A stretch of DNA of 64,000 nt, from the NCBI GenBank assembly GCA_963771355.1, contig CAVYTA010000006.1, positions 2,016,001 to 2,080,000 on the forward strand. Direction: 5' to 3'. Position 1 is the stretch's first letter, and the number at the start of each line of letters is the position of its first letter. The position numbers were made by a program, and so were the translations under genes. Below the pieces are notes generated by a model. It saw only the letters and a list, made by a program, of their open reading frames with translations. It did no database searches and was not told the origin of the DNA. This document shows positions 21,712-36,168 of this stretch, piece after piece. The stretch comes from an uncultured Candidatus Rokubacteria bacterium. GTDB lineage: Bacteria; Methylomirabilota; Methylomirabilia; Rokubacteriales; CSP1-6.

Positions 21712-22952
21712 GCGTTCGCGAGGCCAATGAGCGGGCGCTCGCTTGCCTCACCTCCGCCCAGCCCGTGCTGGTGGACTGCCGCCCTGCTCGCGAGGCACTC
21801 GGCCTCGACGAGCACACCGTGCTTCACTCCGGGCCGCCCCTGCCCTGGGAGCGGGCATGTCCCACCGTGCAGGCGGCCATCCTCTGTGCCATCCGTTACG
21901 AAGGTTGGGCCGCGGATGATGCCGTCGCCCGCCGCCTGGTGGAGCGCGGCCGCGTCACCCTGAGCCCTTGCCATCACGCGGGCGCGGCCGGCCCCATGAC
22001 CGGCATCATCACCGCCTCCATGCCCGTCTTCGTGGTGGTGAATCGGCAGGGCGGCAACCGCGCTCATGCCACCGTCAACGAGGGCCTGGGCAAGGTGCTG
22101 CGCTTCGGCGCCAACGACGCGAGCGTGATCGCCCGGCTCGACTGGCTCGCGCGCGAGGCGGGGCCGCTCCTGGGCGCCGCCCTGCGGAGTGCGGGCGGCC
22201 TCGACCTTCGCGCGCTGATGGCACAGGCGCTCCGCATGGGCGACGAGATGCACCAGCGCAACATTGCCGCCTCCGCCTTGCTGGCCCGCGCGCTCATGCC
22301 GCACCTGGCCCGCGTCACCGCCGAGACCGGGCCGGTGGCGCGGGTCGCCGACTTCATCGCGGGCAACGACCAGTTCTTCCTCAATCTGGGCATGGCGGCA
22401 GCGAAGGCCGCCGCGGACCCCTGCCTCGAGATCGCGGGCTCCACCATGGTGGCCACCATGGCGCGCAACGGCACCGACTTCGGGATCCGCGTGGCCGGGC
22501 TCGGCCCGCGCTGGTTCACGGCGCCGGTGAACACGCCCGAGGGCCTCTACTTCCCCGGCTTCACCGCCGCCGACGCCAACCCCGACATGGGGGACAGCGC
22601 CATCGTCGAGACGGTGGGGCTCGGCGCCTTCGCCATGGCCGCGTCCCCGGCGGTGGTCCGCTTCGTCGGCGCGGGCGGGCTCCGGGACGCCGTCCGCGTC
22701 ACGGAGGAGATGGCGGAGATCACGCTGGGCGAGCACCCGCACTTCCGCATCCCGGCGCTGGACGAGCGCGGGACCCCCGTCGGGATCGACATCAGGAAAG
22801 TCGTGGAGACCGGCATCACCCCGCTCATCAACACGGGCATCGCGGGGCGGGCGCCGGGCACGGGACAGATCGGCGCCGGCGTGGTCCGCGCCCCGCTCGC
22901 CTGCTTCGAGCAGGCGCTCGAGGCGGTCGCCCGCGCGCAGGGCGTCGCGTGA
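21708..22952 (+). CDS. DUF1116 (AllG/YlbE/YahG-like) protein
   Basis: LHSGPP, EGLGKVLRFGAN, MGDEMHQRN, RNGTDFGI, PDMGDSAIVET, INTGIA..GQIGAG. Confidence 0.9.
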   Translation: MSVREANERALACLTSAQPVLVDCRPAREALGLDEHTVLHSGPPLPWERACPTVQAAILCAIRYEGWAADDAVARRLVERGRVTLSPCHHAGAAGPMTGIITASMPVFVVVNRQGGNRAHATVNEGLGKVLRFGANDASVIARLDWLAREAGPLLGAALRSAGGLDLRALMAQALRMGDEMHQRNIAASALLARALMPHLARVTAETGPVARVADFIAGNDQFFLNLGMAAAKAAADPCLEIAGSTMVATMARNGTDFGIRVAGLGPRWFTAPVNTPEGLYFPGFTAADANPDMGDSAIVETVGLGAFAMAASPAVVRFVGAGGLRDAVRVTEEMAEITLGEHPHFRIPALDERGTPVGIDIRKVVETGITPLINTGIAGRAPGTGQIGAGVVRAPLACFEQALEAVARAQGVA

Positions 22953-24205
22953 GCGAGCCGCTCGACCTCCTCCTCCGCGACTGCCTGCTTCCCGACGGCG
23001 CCCGCGTGGATCTCGGCTGCGGCGATGGGCGCATCGTCGCCCTGAGCCCGCCCGGAGCCCTCGGCCCGCCGGGGGACGCGCGGGCGGCGCGCGTCATCGA
23101 CGTGGGAGGCCGTCTGGTCACCGCGGGGCTCGTGGATGCCCATATCCACCTGGACAAGGCGCTCCTGTCCTCACAGGCGCCCAGCCTCGAGGGTAGCCTC
23201 GCCGAGGCCATCCGCGTCACCGGCGCGGCCAAGCGCGGCTTCACGGTGGACGACATCCGGGCCCGCGCCCGCGTCGTCCTCGACCTGGCGGTGCGCAGCG
23301 GCACCACCGCGATGCGGAGCCACGTGGAGGTGGATCCCATCGTGGGGCTCAAGGGGCTCGAGGCGCTGCGCCCGCTCCGGGACGAGTACGCGCCGGCGCT
23401 CGAGCTCCAGCTCTGCGCGTTCGCCCAGGAGGGCATCATCCAGGCACCGGGGACGGAGGCGCTGCTGGGCCGGGCGCTCCGCGAGGGCGCCGACCTCGTC
23501 GGCGGCTGCCCGTACAACGACACGGACCCTCACGCCCATGTGGACACGATCTTCCGGCTCGCGCGGGAGTTCGGGGTGGATGTGGACTTCCACGCCGACT
23601 TCTTCGATGAGCCCGAGCATCTCCATGTGCGGTACATCTGCGAGCAGACGGTGCGCCTCGGCTGGGAGGGCCGGGTGGCGGTGGGCCATCTCACCGAGCT
23701 GGCCGCGCTGGCGCCCGCCGAGCAGGACGCGGTGATCGCCGAGCTTCGGGCCGCGCGCGTCGGCGTGATCGTGCTCCCCGCCACCGATCTCTATCTGATG
23801 GGGCGGCGGGACGCGCGCAATCCGCGCCGAGGGCTGGCCCCCGTGAAGCGGCTCCTCGCCGCCGGCGTCCCCGTGGCGGCGGCGACCAACAATGTCCGGA
23901 ACGCGTTCACGCCGGTGGGGAACGCGGACCTCGCGCTGATGGGCGTGCTGCTCGCCGTGGGGGCCCACATGGGGGCGCGCGCGGAGCTGGCCCAGGTGCT
24001 CGCCATGCTGACCACCGAGCCCGCGCGCATCCTCCGCCTGGAGGGCCATGGCCTCGCCCTCGGCGACCGGGCGGATCTCGTAATCTGGGACGCGGCTGGG
24101 CTCGACGAGGCGGTGGGCGCCCTCGCGCCGCGGGCTTACGTGATCAAGTCGGGCCGCGTGACCGTGGAGCATCGGCCCACGGTCCTCGAGCCCTGGCGCG
24201 ACTAG
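22949..24205 (+). CDS. Metal-dependent amidohydrolase, cytosine deaminase (CodA)/AtzC-like
   Basis: VDAHIHLDKA, GTTAMRSHVEVD, AFAQEG, VDFHAD, VAVGHLT, ATNNVRNAFTP. Confidence 0.85.
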   Translation: MSEPLDLLLRDCLLPDGARVDLGCGDGRIVALSPPGALGPPGDARAARVIDVGGRLVTAGLVDAHIHLDKALLSSQAPSLEGSLAEAIRVTGAAKRGFTVDDIRARARVVLDLAVRSGTTAMRSHVEVDPIVGLKGLEALRPLRDEYAPALELQLCAFAQEGIIQAPGTEALLGRALREGADLVGGCPYNDTDPHAHVDTIFRLAREFGVDVDFHADFFDEPEHLHVRYICEQTVRLGWEGRVAVGHLTELAALAPAEQDAVIAELRAARVGVIVLPATDLYLMGRRDARNPRRGLAPVKRLLAAGVPVAAATNNVRNAFTPVGNADLALMGVLLAVGAHMGARAELAQVLAMLTTEPARILRLEGHGLALGDRADLVIWDAAGLDEAVGALAPRAYVIKSGRVTVEHRPTVLEPWRD

Positions 24206-24240
24206 CGCGCCGAGCGTCGCCGGCCGTCAAGACCACGAGA

Positions 24241-24273
24241 ACCTTTCGCGGCAAAGTGTGCGGCGCGAAAGGT
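24241..24273. promoter_or_regulatory. Inverted repeat ACCTTTCGCG-N13-CGCGAAAGGT (activator site or terminator-like hairpin)
   Basis: Perfect 10-bp arms, followed by two GTATTTTCC copies, about 120 bp upstream of a sigma54 site. Confidence 0.5.
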
Positions 24274-24390
24274 ATTTTCCGCGTATTTTCCACTCGACCG
24301 TGCACGTAAGAGTTACCGGGCGCGCGGATGCCGCTTCGACGCCCGCGCGCCAAGCACGCGTGATGGCGCGCATGCCCGCATCCCGTTCCG

Positions 24391-24406
24391 TGGCACGAAA
24401 GCTGCT
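24391..24406 (+). promoter_or_regulatory. Sigma54 (-24/-12) promoter
   Basis: TGGCAC-GAAAG-CTGCT. Confidence 0.7.
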
Positions 24407-24476
24407 GATCTCAATTCGGACATTCGCGGAAATTCGTGACATTCGCGACCGGGAAGGTGCCCGGTGGGAGGACACC

Positions 24477-24668
24477 ATGGCGAGAGGCCTGATGCGGCTA
24501 GCGAAGGTGGTGGCGGCGGGATTGGTGCTCGGTAGCTGTGCGGCGGCGGACCCGTGGGCGGAATGGCGCGAGTCGGCGATGCTCCTGGACGCGCCGGCAG
24601 ACCTGGACACGGGATCCGCGTACGCCGACGCGAGACAGGTGCGATGGGAGCAGATCTTCGACGATTAG
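24477..24668 (+). CDS. Small putative lipoprotein (63 aa)
   Basis: GGAGG Shine-Dalgarno; basic N-terminus, hydrophobic stretch and lipobox LGS-C; acidic mature part. Confidence 0.65.
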   Translation: MARGLMRLAKVVAAGLVLGSCAAADPWAEWRESAMLLDAPADLDTGSAYADARQVRWEQIFDD

Positions 24669-24678
24669 GGCGGGGGGC

Positions 24679-24708
24679 TTGACACGCCCGTGAGTCGAAG
24701 ACTATTCT
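24679..24708 (+). promoter_or_regulatory. Sigma70 promoter of the pyr operon
   Basis: TTGACA-18 nt-TATTCT. Confidence 0.7.
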
Positions 24709-24728
24709 GACGCAGCATCTGGAAACGG

Positions 24729-25521
<793 letters not shown>

Positions 25522-26448
25522 ATGGCGTGGAAGCGAAAGGACCTCCTGAGCATGCAGGGGCTGGAGGCCGGAGAGATCCGGGACGTGCTGGACACCGCGG
25601 AGTCCATGAAAGAGATCGCCACCCGGGAGATCAAGAAGGTGCCCACTCTTCGGGGTAAAACGGTGGTCAATCTCTTCTACGAGGCCTCCACCCGGACACG
25701 GACCTCCTTCGAGATCGCCGGCAAGTGGCTCTCCGCCGACGTGATCAACTTCTCGGCCTCGGGGTCGAGCGCCGACAAGGGTGAGAGTTTGCTCGACACC
25801 GCGAAGAACATCGAGGCCATGAGCCCGGACGTGGTGGTGGTGCGCCACCAGGCGTCCGGCGCCCCCGCGCTGCTCGCGCGCAATCTCCGCTGCGCGGTGG
25901 TGAACGCGGGGGACGGCGCCCACGAGCACCCGACCCAGGCGCTCCTGGACCTCCTCACCATCCGGGAGAAGAAGGGTCATCTGGAAGGGCTCAACGTCAC
26001 CATCGTGGGCGACGTGATGCACAGCCGCGTGGCCCGCTCGGCCATCCACGGCATGAAAACCATGGGCATGACGGTGACGGTGGCCGGCCCGCCCACCTTG
26101 ATCCCGCCGGCCTGCCAGGAGCTGGGGGTGAAGGTGAGCCACCGGCTCGACGAGGCCATCGCGCACGCCGATGTGGTCATGATGCTGCGGCTCCAGCACG
26201 AGCGCATGCAGGCGGGCCTCATTCCCTCGGTGCGGGAATACTCCCGGGTCTGGGGGCTCGGGCTGGACAAGCTCGAGCATTGCCGGCCGGACGTCCTGAT
26301 CATGCATCCGGGCCCGGTGAACCGGGGGGTGGAGCTCGCTCCCGAGGTGGCCGACGGGCCCTACTCGGTGATCCTGGACCAGGTCGCCAACGGGGTGGCG
26401 GTGCGGATGGCGGTGCTCTATCTTCTCGCCGGGAGCAGGGCGGCATGA
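25522..26448 (+). CDS. pyrB: Aspartate carbamoyltransferase catalytic subunit
   Basis: [34 protein letters not shown]. Confidence 0.97.
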   Translation: MAWKRKDLLSMQGLEAGEIRDVLDTAESMKEIATREIKKVPTLRGKTVVNLFYEASTRTRTSFEIAGKWLSADVINFSASGSSADKGESLLDTAKNIEAMSPDVVVVRHQASGAPALLARNLRCAVVNAGDGAHEHPTQALLDLLTIREKKGHLEGLNVTIVGDVMHSRVARSAIHGMKTMGMTVTVAGPPTLIPPACQELGVKVSHRLDEAIAHADVVMMLRLQHERMQAGLIPSVREYSRVWGLGLDKLEHCRPDVLIMHPGPVNRGVELAPEVADGPYSVILDQVANGVAVRMAVLYLLAGSRAA

Positions 26449-27751
26449 GCCTCCTCCTCCGTGGTGGCCGAGTCATCGATCCCGCCAACCGGACAGACGG
26501 CGTCCAGGACGTGCTGATCGCGGACGGCCGCATCGTCCGGGTCGGGCCCGCGCTCCGGGCGCCCGAGGGAACGCCGGTGCTGGACGTCGCCGGCAAGGTA
26601 GTGTGCCCGGGGTTCATCGACATCCACGTGCACCTGCGTGAGCCCGGCCTCGAGTACAAGGAGACCATCGCGTCGGGGACTCGCGCGGCGGCGGCCGGCG
26701 GCTTCACCGCGGTGGCCTGCATGGCCAATACGGAGCCCGTGAACGACAACCGCGCCGTCACCGACTACATCCTGGCCAAGGCCCGCGTCGAGGGCGCGGT
26801 GCGCGTCTACCCGATCGGCGCGGTCACCCGCGGACTCAAGGGCGAGACCCTGGCGGAGATGGGCGAGCTCGCCGAGGGCGGCTGCGTGGCCTTCTCCGAC
26901 GACGGCCACTGCGTCATGAACGCCGAGGTGTACCGGCGCGCCATGGAATATGCCCTGCCCTTCGGGACGCCCATCATCAGCCATGCCGAGGATTGCCACC
27001 TCGCGCGGGCCGGGTCCATGAACGAGGGGCTGGTGTCCACCGAGCTGGGACTGTCGGGCCAGCCCGCCGCCGCCGAGGACGTGATGGTCGCACGCGACAT
27101 TCTCCTCGCCGAGCTCACCGGCGCCCACCTCCACATCGCCCACATCTCCACCGCGGGCGCGGTGCGGCTGGTGCGCGAAGCACGGGCCCGGGGAATCCGC
27201 GTCACCGCCGAGGTGACGCCGCATCACCTGGTCCTCACCGACGAGGCGGTGCGCGACTACGACCCCAACGTGAAGATGGCACCGCCGCTCCGGGGCAAGC
27301 GCGACGTGGAAGCCCTCCTGGAGGCGCTCGCCGACGGCACCATCGACTGCATCGCCACTGACCACGCGCCGCATGCGCTCTCCGACAAGGAGGGCGAGTT
27401 CGCGGAGGCGGCCAATGGCGTGGTCGGGCTCGAAACCGCGGTGCCTGTGCTCCTGGACCGGCTGGTCCGCACCGGACGCCTCGACCTGCCCACTCTCGTC
27501 GCGCGATTCACTGCGGGTCCGGCGCGGCTGCTGAACCTGCCCGGCGGCAGCCTCGCCTCGGGCGCGCCCGCCGACATCACCATCCTCGACCTGGAGCGGA
27601 GCTGGACGGTGGAGCCGAATCGCTTCCTCTCCCGCAGCCGCAATACGCCCTTCGGCGGCTGGACCGGACAGGGCGGCCCCGTGCTCACCTTGGTGGGCGG
27701 GGTACCCGCCCTCCCGGGCCGCCAGCCCCTCGCGGTACCGGGAGCCGGGAC

Positions 27752-27755
<4 letters not shown>
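26445..27755 (+). CDS. pyrC: Dihydroorotase
   Basis: [31 protein letters not shown]. Confidence 0.96.
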
Positions 27756-28875
<1,120 letters not shown>

Positions 28876-28891
<16 letters not shown>

Positions 28892-29142
28892 TCTCGTACC
28901 GCAAGACCGAGGAAGCCGGACAAAAACCGGAATGGACGAGCTTCACCACCGAAAGCGAGGTCACGCTCGAGGCCCACGCGGTGCGCGAGCGCGTGGACAA
29001 GCGCATCAGCGTGCTGGGCGAGAAGCTCTGGGGAAGCGGCGAGGTCGGCTGGGTGGGGGCCGGGCGGATCGACGATGTCCTCTACAAGCGGGAGGAGGCC
29101 TCGCCGGAGGTGTCCATCATCTACGGGCTGGTCCAGGAGTGA
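28876..29142 (+). CDS. Hypothetical protein (88 aa) between carA and carB
   Basis: Purine-rich Shine-Dalgarno, host-like codon usage, globular composition; fills the intergenic gap. Confidence 0.7.
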
Positions 29143-29155
29143 GCTGAGGTCCACC

Positions 29156-32354
<3,199 letters not shown>

Positions 32355-32374
<20 letters not shown>

Positions 32375-33116
32375 CGACCGCCTGCCCGCCGCGCAGCGTC
32401 TACCCGCCGCGCAGCGTCTAATCGTCGCTCTCGACGTGGAGAGCCTGGCCCAGGCGGAAGCCCTCATGGACCGCCTCGACGGTCTCGTCATCCGTTACAA
32501 GATCGGCTCCCAGCTCTTCACCGCCGCGGGCCCCGCCGCGGTGGAGGCGGTGCACAAGCGGGGCGCCGAGGTGTTCCTCGACCTCAAGTTCCACGACATC
32601 CCGAACACCGTGGCGGGCGCGGCCCGTGAGGCCACGCGCGCCGGCGTCTTCATGTTCAACGTCCACGCCTCCGGCGGGCGCGCGATGATGCGGGCCGCGG
32701 CGGAGGCGGCGAAGGCGGCCGCCGGCGAGCTCCGGGTGCGCCGGCCCCTCGTCATCGCGGTCACCGTCCTCACCAGCCTCGACCGCGCCACCCTGCACGG
32801 CGAGCTGGGGGTGGCCTCCTCGGTGGAGGGGCACGTGCTCCGGCTCTGCGACCTCGCGCGCGAGGCCGGGCTGGACGGCAACGTCGCCTCGCCGCAGGAG
32901 ATCGCCTCCATCCGGAACGCGCTGGGGCGCGACTGGGTCATCGTGACGCCGGGCGTGCGCCCGGCAGGAGCGGCGCCGGACGACCAGTCGCGCGTGGCCA
33001 CCCCGGCGGCGGCGGCCCGCGCGGGCGCGCACTATCTCGTGGTGGGCCGGCCGGTCACGGCGGCGCCGGAACCTGCCCGCGCGGCGGAGGCCATCCTGGC
33101 GGAGATGGGCGGATGA
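32355..33116 (+). CDS. pyrF: Orotidine-5'-phosphate decarboxylase (start may be GTG at 32367)
   Basis: [26 protein letters not shown]. Confidence 0.96.
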
Positions 33117-33727
33117 GTCCCACCGTCACCCATCGCGACCTCATCCAGCGCCTGTTCGAGATCGAGGCCCTCCAGTTCGGGGAGTTCACGCTGAAGTCGG
33201 GGATCCGGTCGCCCTTCTACGTGGACCTCCGCGTGGTCATCTCCCATCCCGACGTGCTCGCGCGCATCGGCGCGCTGATGGCGGAGGCGGTGGGCCACTG
33301 CCGCGCGGACCGGATCGCCGGCATCCCCTACGCGGGTTTACCGCTCGCGGTGGCGACCAGCCTCGCCGGCGGCGTCCCCCTCGTGTACCCCCGCCGCGAA
33401 TCGAAGGACTACGGCACCAAGCGGCGCATCGAGGGCGCCTTCACCCCCGGCGAGCACGTGGTGGTGATCGACGACATCATCACCGACGGGGCGAGCAAGT
33501 TCGAGGCGATCGAGCCGCTGGAGTCGGCGGGGCTGGTGGTGCGGGATCTCGTCATCCTCATCGACCGCGAGCAGGGGGGCCGCGAGCGCCTGGCGGAGAA
33601 GGGTTACACGCTGCACGCCATCCTGACCATCTCGCAGTGCTTCGACGAGCTGGCCCGCGTGGGCCTCGTCGAGGCCCCCGTCATCGAGCGCGCGCGCGAA
33701 TTCGTGCGAGTCGCCCGGTTCGCCTGA
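33113..33727 (+). CDS. pyrE: Orotate phosphoribosyltransferase
   Basis: [39 protein letters not shown]. Confidence 0.93.
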   Translation: MSPTVTHRDLIQRLFEIEALQFGEFTLKSGIRSPFYVDLRVVISHPDVLARIGALMAEAVGHCRADRIAGIPYAGLPLAVATSLAGGVPLVYPRRESKDYGTKRRIEGAFTPGEHVVVIDDIITDGASKFEAIEPLESAGLVVRDLVILIDREQGGRERLAEKGYTLHAILTISQCFDELARVGLVEAPVIERAREFVRVARFA

Positions 33728-34254
33728 TGCTGCGGGGCCCGGATGCCGTCGGCGAGATCGTCCTCGACGCCGACGCCATCCGCGCCGAGGTCGCCCGGCT
33801 CGGCGCCCAGATCTCCGCCGACTACGCGGGCCGTCAGCCCCACCTCGTGGGCGTGCTCAAGGGCGCGGCGGTGTTCATCGCGGACCTCGCCCGGGCGCTG
33901 ACCATCCCCGCCACGCTCGACTTCATCTCCATCGTGCCCTATGCGCGGGCGAGCGTGTCCGGGGTGGTGCGGATCCGCAAGGACCTCGACGATCCCATCG
34001 AGGGGAAGGACGTCATCGTGGTGGAGGGCATCTGCGCGAGCGGGCTCAGCCTGTCCTATCTCCTGCGCAACTTCGAGACGCGCCGCCCCGCCTCCCTCCG
34101 TATCTGCGCTTTCCTCGTGAAGCAGCGGGCCCGGCCGGTGGAGGTGAAGGTGGACTACGCGGGGCGGGAGATCTCCGACGCCTTCGTGGTGGGCTACGGG
34201 CTGGACGCGGGCGAGCGGTACCGCAATCTCCCCTACGTCGCCCGCCTGCCCTAG
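33727..34254 (+). CDS. hpt: Hypoxanthine phosphoribosyltransferase-family protein with a degenerate PRPP loop
   Basis: VGVLKGA, FVVGYGLD, YRNLPY; the PRPP motif reads VVEGICASG instead of VEDIIDSG. Confidence 0.8.
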   Translation: MLRGPDAVGEIVLDADAIRAEVARLGAQISADYAGRQPHLVGVLKGAAVFIADLARALTIPATLDFISIVPYARASVSGVVRIRKDLDDPIEGKDVIVVEGICASGLSLSYLLRNFETRRPASLRICAFLVKQRARPVEVKVDYAGREISDAFVVGYGLDAGERYRNLPYVARLP

Positions 34255-35180
34255 CCGTTCCGGCGCAGCTTCGGGTCCCACGCGTCGCGCAGCGTGTCGC
34301 CGAAGAGGTTGAAGGCGAGCACCGCCAGGCTGATGGCGAGACCGGGGAAGATGGCCAGCCACGGCGCCTGCTCCATGAAGGCGCGGCCGGTGCTGCTCAG
34401 CATGAGCCCCCAGGACGGCGTGGGCGGCTGGGTGCCTACCCCGAGGAAGGACAGGGTGGCCTCGATGAGGATGGCATTGCCGAGCCAGATCGACGCGATG
34501 ATGAGGATGGGCGCGGTCACGTTGGGCAGGATGTGCCGCCCGAGGATGGAGAGGTGGCGGCAGCCCAGGGCCTGCGCGGCCTCCACGTAGCGGTTCTGCT
34601 TGGCGGACAGCACCGCGCCGCGGACGATCCGCGAGTTGCCGGGAACGATCACGATGGCGATGGCAATCATGGCATTGGTGGTGTTCGGCGTCAGCACGGA
34701 CACGATGGCCAGGGCGAGGATGAGCCCGGGAATGGCCTGGATCGCGTCCATGAGCCGCTGGAGGACGAGATCGAGACGCCCCTCGAAGTAGCCGCAGGCA
34801 AGCCCGATGAGCATGCCGGCCACGGTCCCGATTCCCACCGCCAGCAGCCCGACCCACAGTGAGATGCGGCTCCCGTGGATGATACGGCTCAAGACGTCGC
34901 GGCCGATGTCGTCGGTACCGAAGAGATGCACGCGGCTCGGCGCGGCCAGGCGGATCTCGGGGTGGGTTTCCAGCGGATCGTACGGTGCGAGGACGTCGGC
35001 GAACACCGCGGTGAGGACCAGCAACACGATGATGGCGCCGGAGGCGGCGCCGAGGGGCTTGCGCCGGAGTATGGCCCAGACCGACGGCCGGTGCGTCGTC
35101 GGCGCGGCCCCCACCTCCGGAATCGCGAGCGCGGGCGCGGCCACCGAGGTCACCGAGACGGAGGAGCGGTCGCCGTTCAC
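34251..35180 (-). CDS. Peptide/nickel ABC transporter permease (DppC/OppC family)
   Basis: HLFGTDDIGRDVLSR, EAA loop YVEAAQALG, LSFLGVG, WGLML. Confidence 0.93.
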   Translation of the reverse strand: MNGDRSSVSVTSVAAPALAIPEVGAAPTTHRPSVWAILRRKPLGAASGAIIVLLVLTAVFADVLAPYDPLETHPEIRLAAPSRVHLFGTDDIGRDVLSRIIHGSRISLWVGLLAVGIGTVAGMLIGLACGYFEGRLDLVLQRLMDAIQAIPGLILALAIVSVLTPNTTNAMIAIAIVIVPGNSRIVRGAVLSAKQNRYVEAAQALGCRHLSILGRHILPNVTAPILIIASIWLGNAILIEATLSFLGVGTQPPTPSWGLMLSSTGRAFMEQAPWLAIFPGLAISLAVLAFNLFGDTLRDAWDPKLRRNG

Positions 35181-35192
35181 GCGGCCCCCGCC

Positions 35193-36143
35193 TCAGCTAT
35201 ACCGGATGCGCGGATCCAGCCACGCATAGGTCATGTCCACCAGGAGATTGAGGGTGACGAGGGTGCCCGCCACCAGCATCACGTTGGTCTGCACCACCGG
35301 GTAGTCGCGATAGGCGATGGCCTCGACGGTGAGCCGTCCCATGCCCGGCAGCGCGAAGATCGTCTCCACCACCACCGCTCCCGCCAGGAGCACGCCGAGC
35401 TGGCCGCCTATCACCGTCACCACCGGGATGAGCGCGTTCTTGAGCGCGTGCTTGTAGACCACGATGCGTCCCGCCAGGCCCTTGGCCCAGGCGGTGCGGA
35501 CATAGTCCTCGCGCAGCACCTCCAGCACGGTGGAGCGCGTCATGCGCATGGTCGCGGCAGCCAGGCGAAAGCCCAACACTGCGGCGGGCAGGAGGAATTG
35601 CTGGAGATTGCGCCACGGCGAGTCCCAGAAGCTCGTGTAGCCGATGGGCGGAATCCAGTGGAACCAGATGGCGGCGAAGGTGATCACCAGCGTGCCCAGC
35701 CAGAAGTCGGGCAGGGAGAGCCCGGACACCGCCACCATGCGGCCGGCGTAGTCGGACGCCGTGTCCTGCCGGGTGGCGGAGAGCACGCCGATGGGCACGG
35801 CAAGGGCGACCCCCAGCACCATGGCGAGAAGGGTCAGCTCGAGGGTGACGGGTATCGCCTTCTTCAGGCTGACCACGATGGGCTCGCCGGTGAACAGTGA
35901 GTCTCCGGGGGAAAGGCTCACCATCTGCCAGACCCAGACCAGGTACTGCTGGTGATAGGGGAGGTCGAGGCGCAGGTCCTTGCGGACCTTGGCCAGCTCC
36001 TTCTCGCCGATATTCCCGGACTCCGCCATCAGCGCGGTGAGCGCGTCGCCCGGCATGACGCGCATCAGCCCGAAGACGATCAGCGAGGAGAGGACGAGCA
36101 CCGGCACGGCCAGCAGCGCCCGGCGCAGCACGTACTTGTACAG
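35193..36143 (-). CDS. Peptide/nickel ABC transporter permease (DppB/OppB family), probable CTG start
   Basis: CTG-YKYVLRRALL after an AAGGGGG Shine-Dalgarno; MPGD, DYVRTAWAKGL, HALKNA, LDPRI. Confidence 0.92.
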   Translation of the reverse strand: MYKYVLRRALLAVPVLVLSSLIVFGLMRVMPGDALTALMAESGNIGEKELAKVRKDLRLDLPYHQQYLVWVWQMVSLSPGDSLFTGEPIVVSLKKAIPVTLELTLLAMVLGVALAVPIGVLSATRQDTASDYAGRMVAVSGLSLPDFWLGTLVITFAAIWFHWIPPIGYTSFWDSPWRNLQQFLLPAAVLGFRLAAATMRMTRSTVLEVLREDYVRTAWAKGLAGRIVVYKHALKNALIPVVTVIGGQLGVLLAGAVVVETIFALPGMGRLTVEAIAYRDYPVVQTNVMLVAGTLVTLNLLVDMTYAWLDPRIRYS

Positions 36144-36168
36144 GGGCCGCCCCCTTGCGTCCCCGGCC

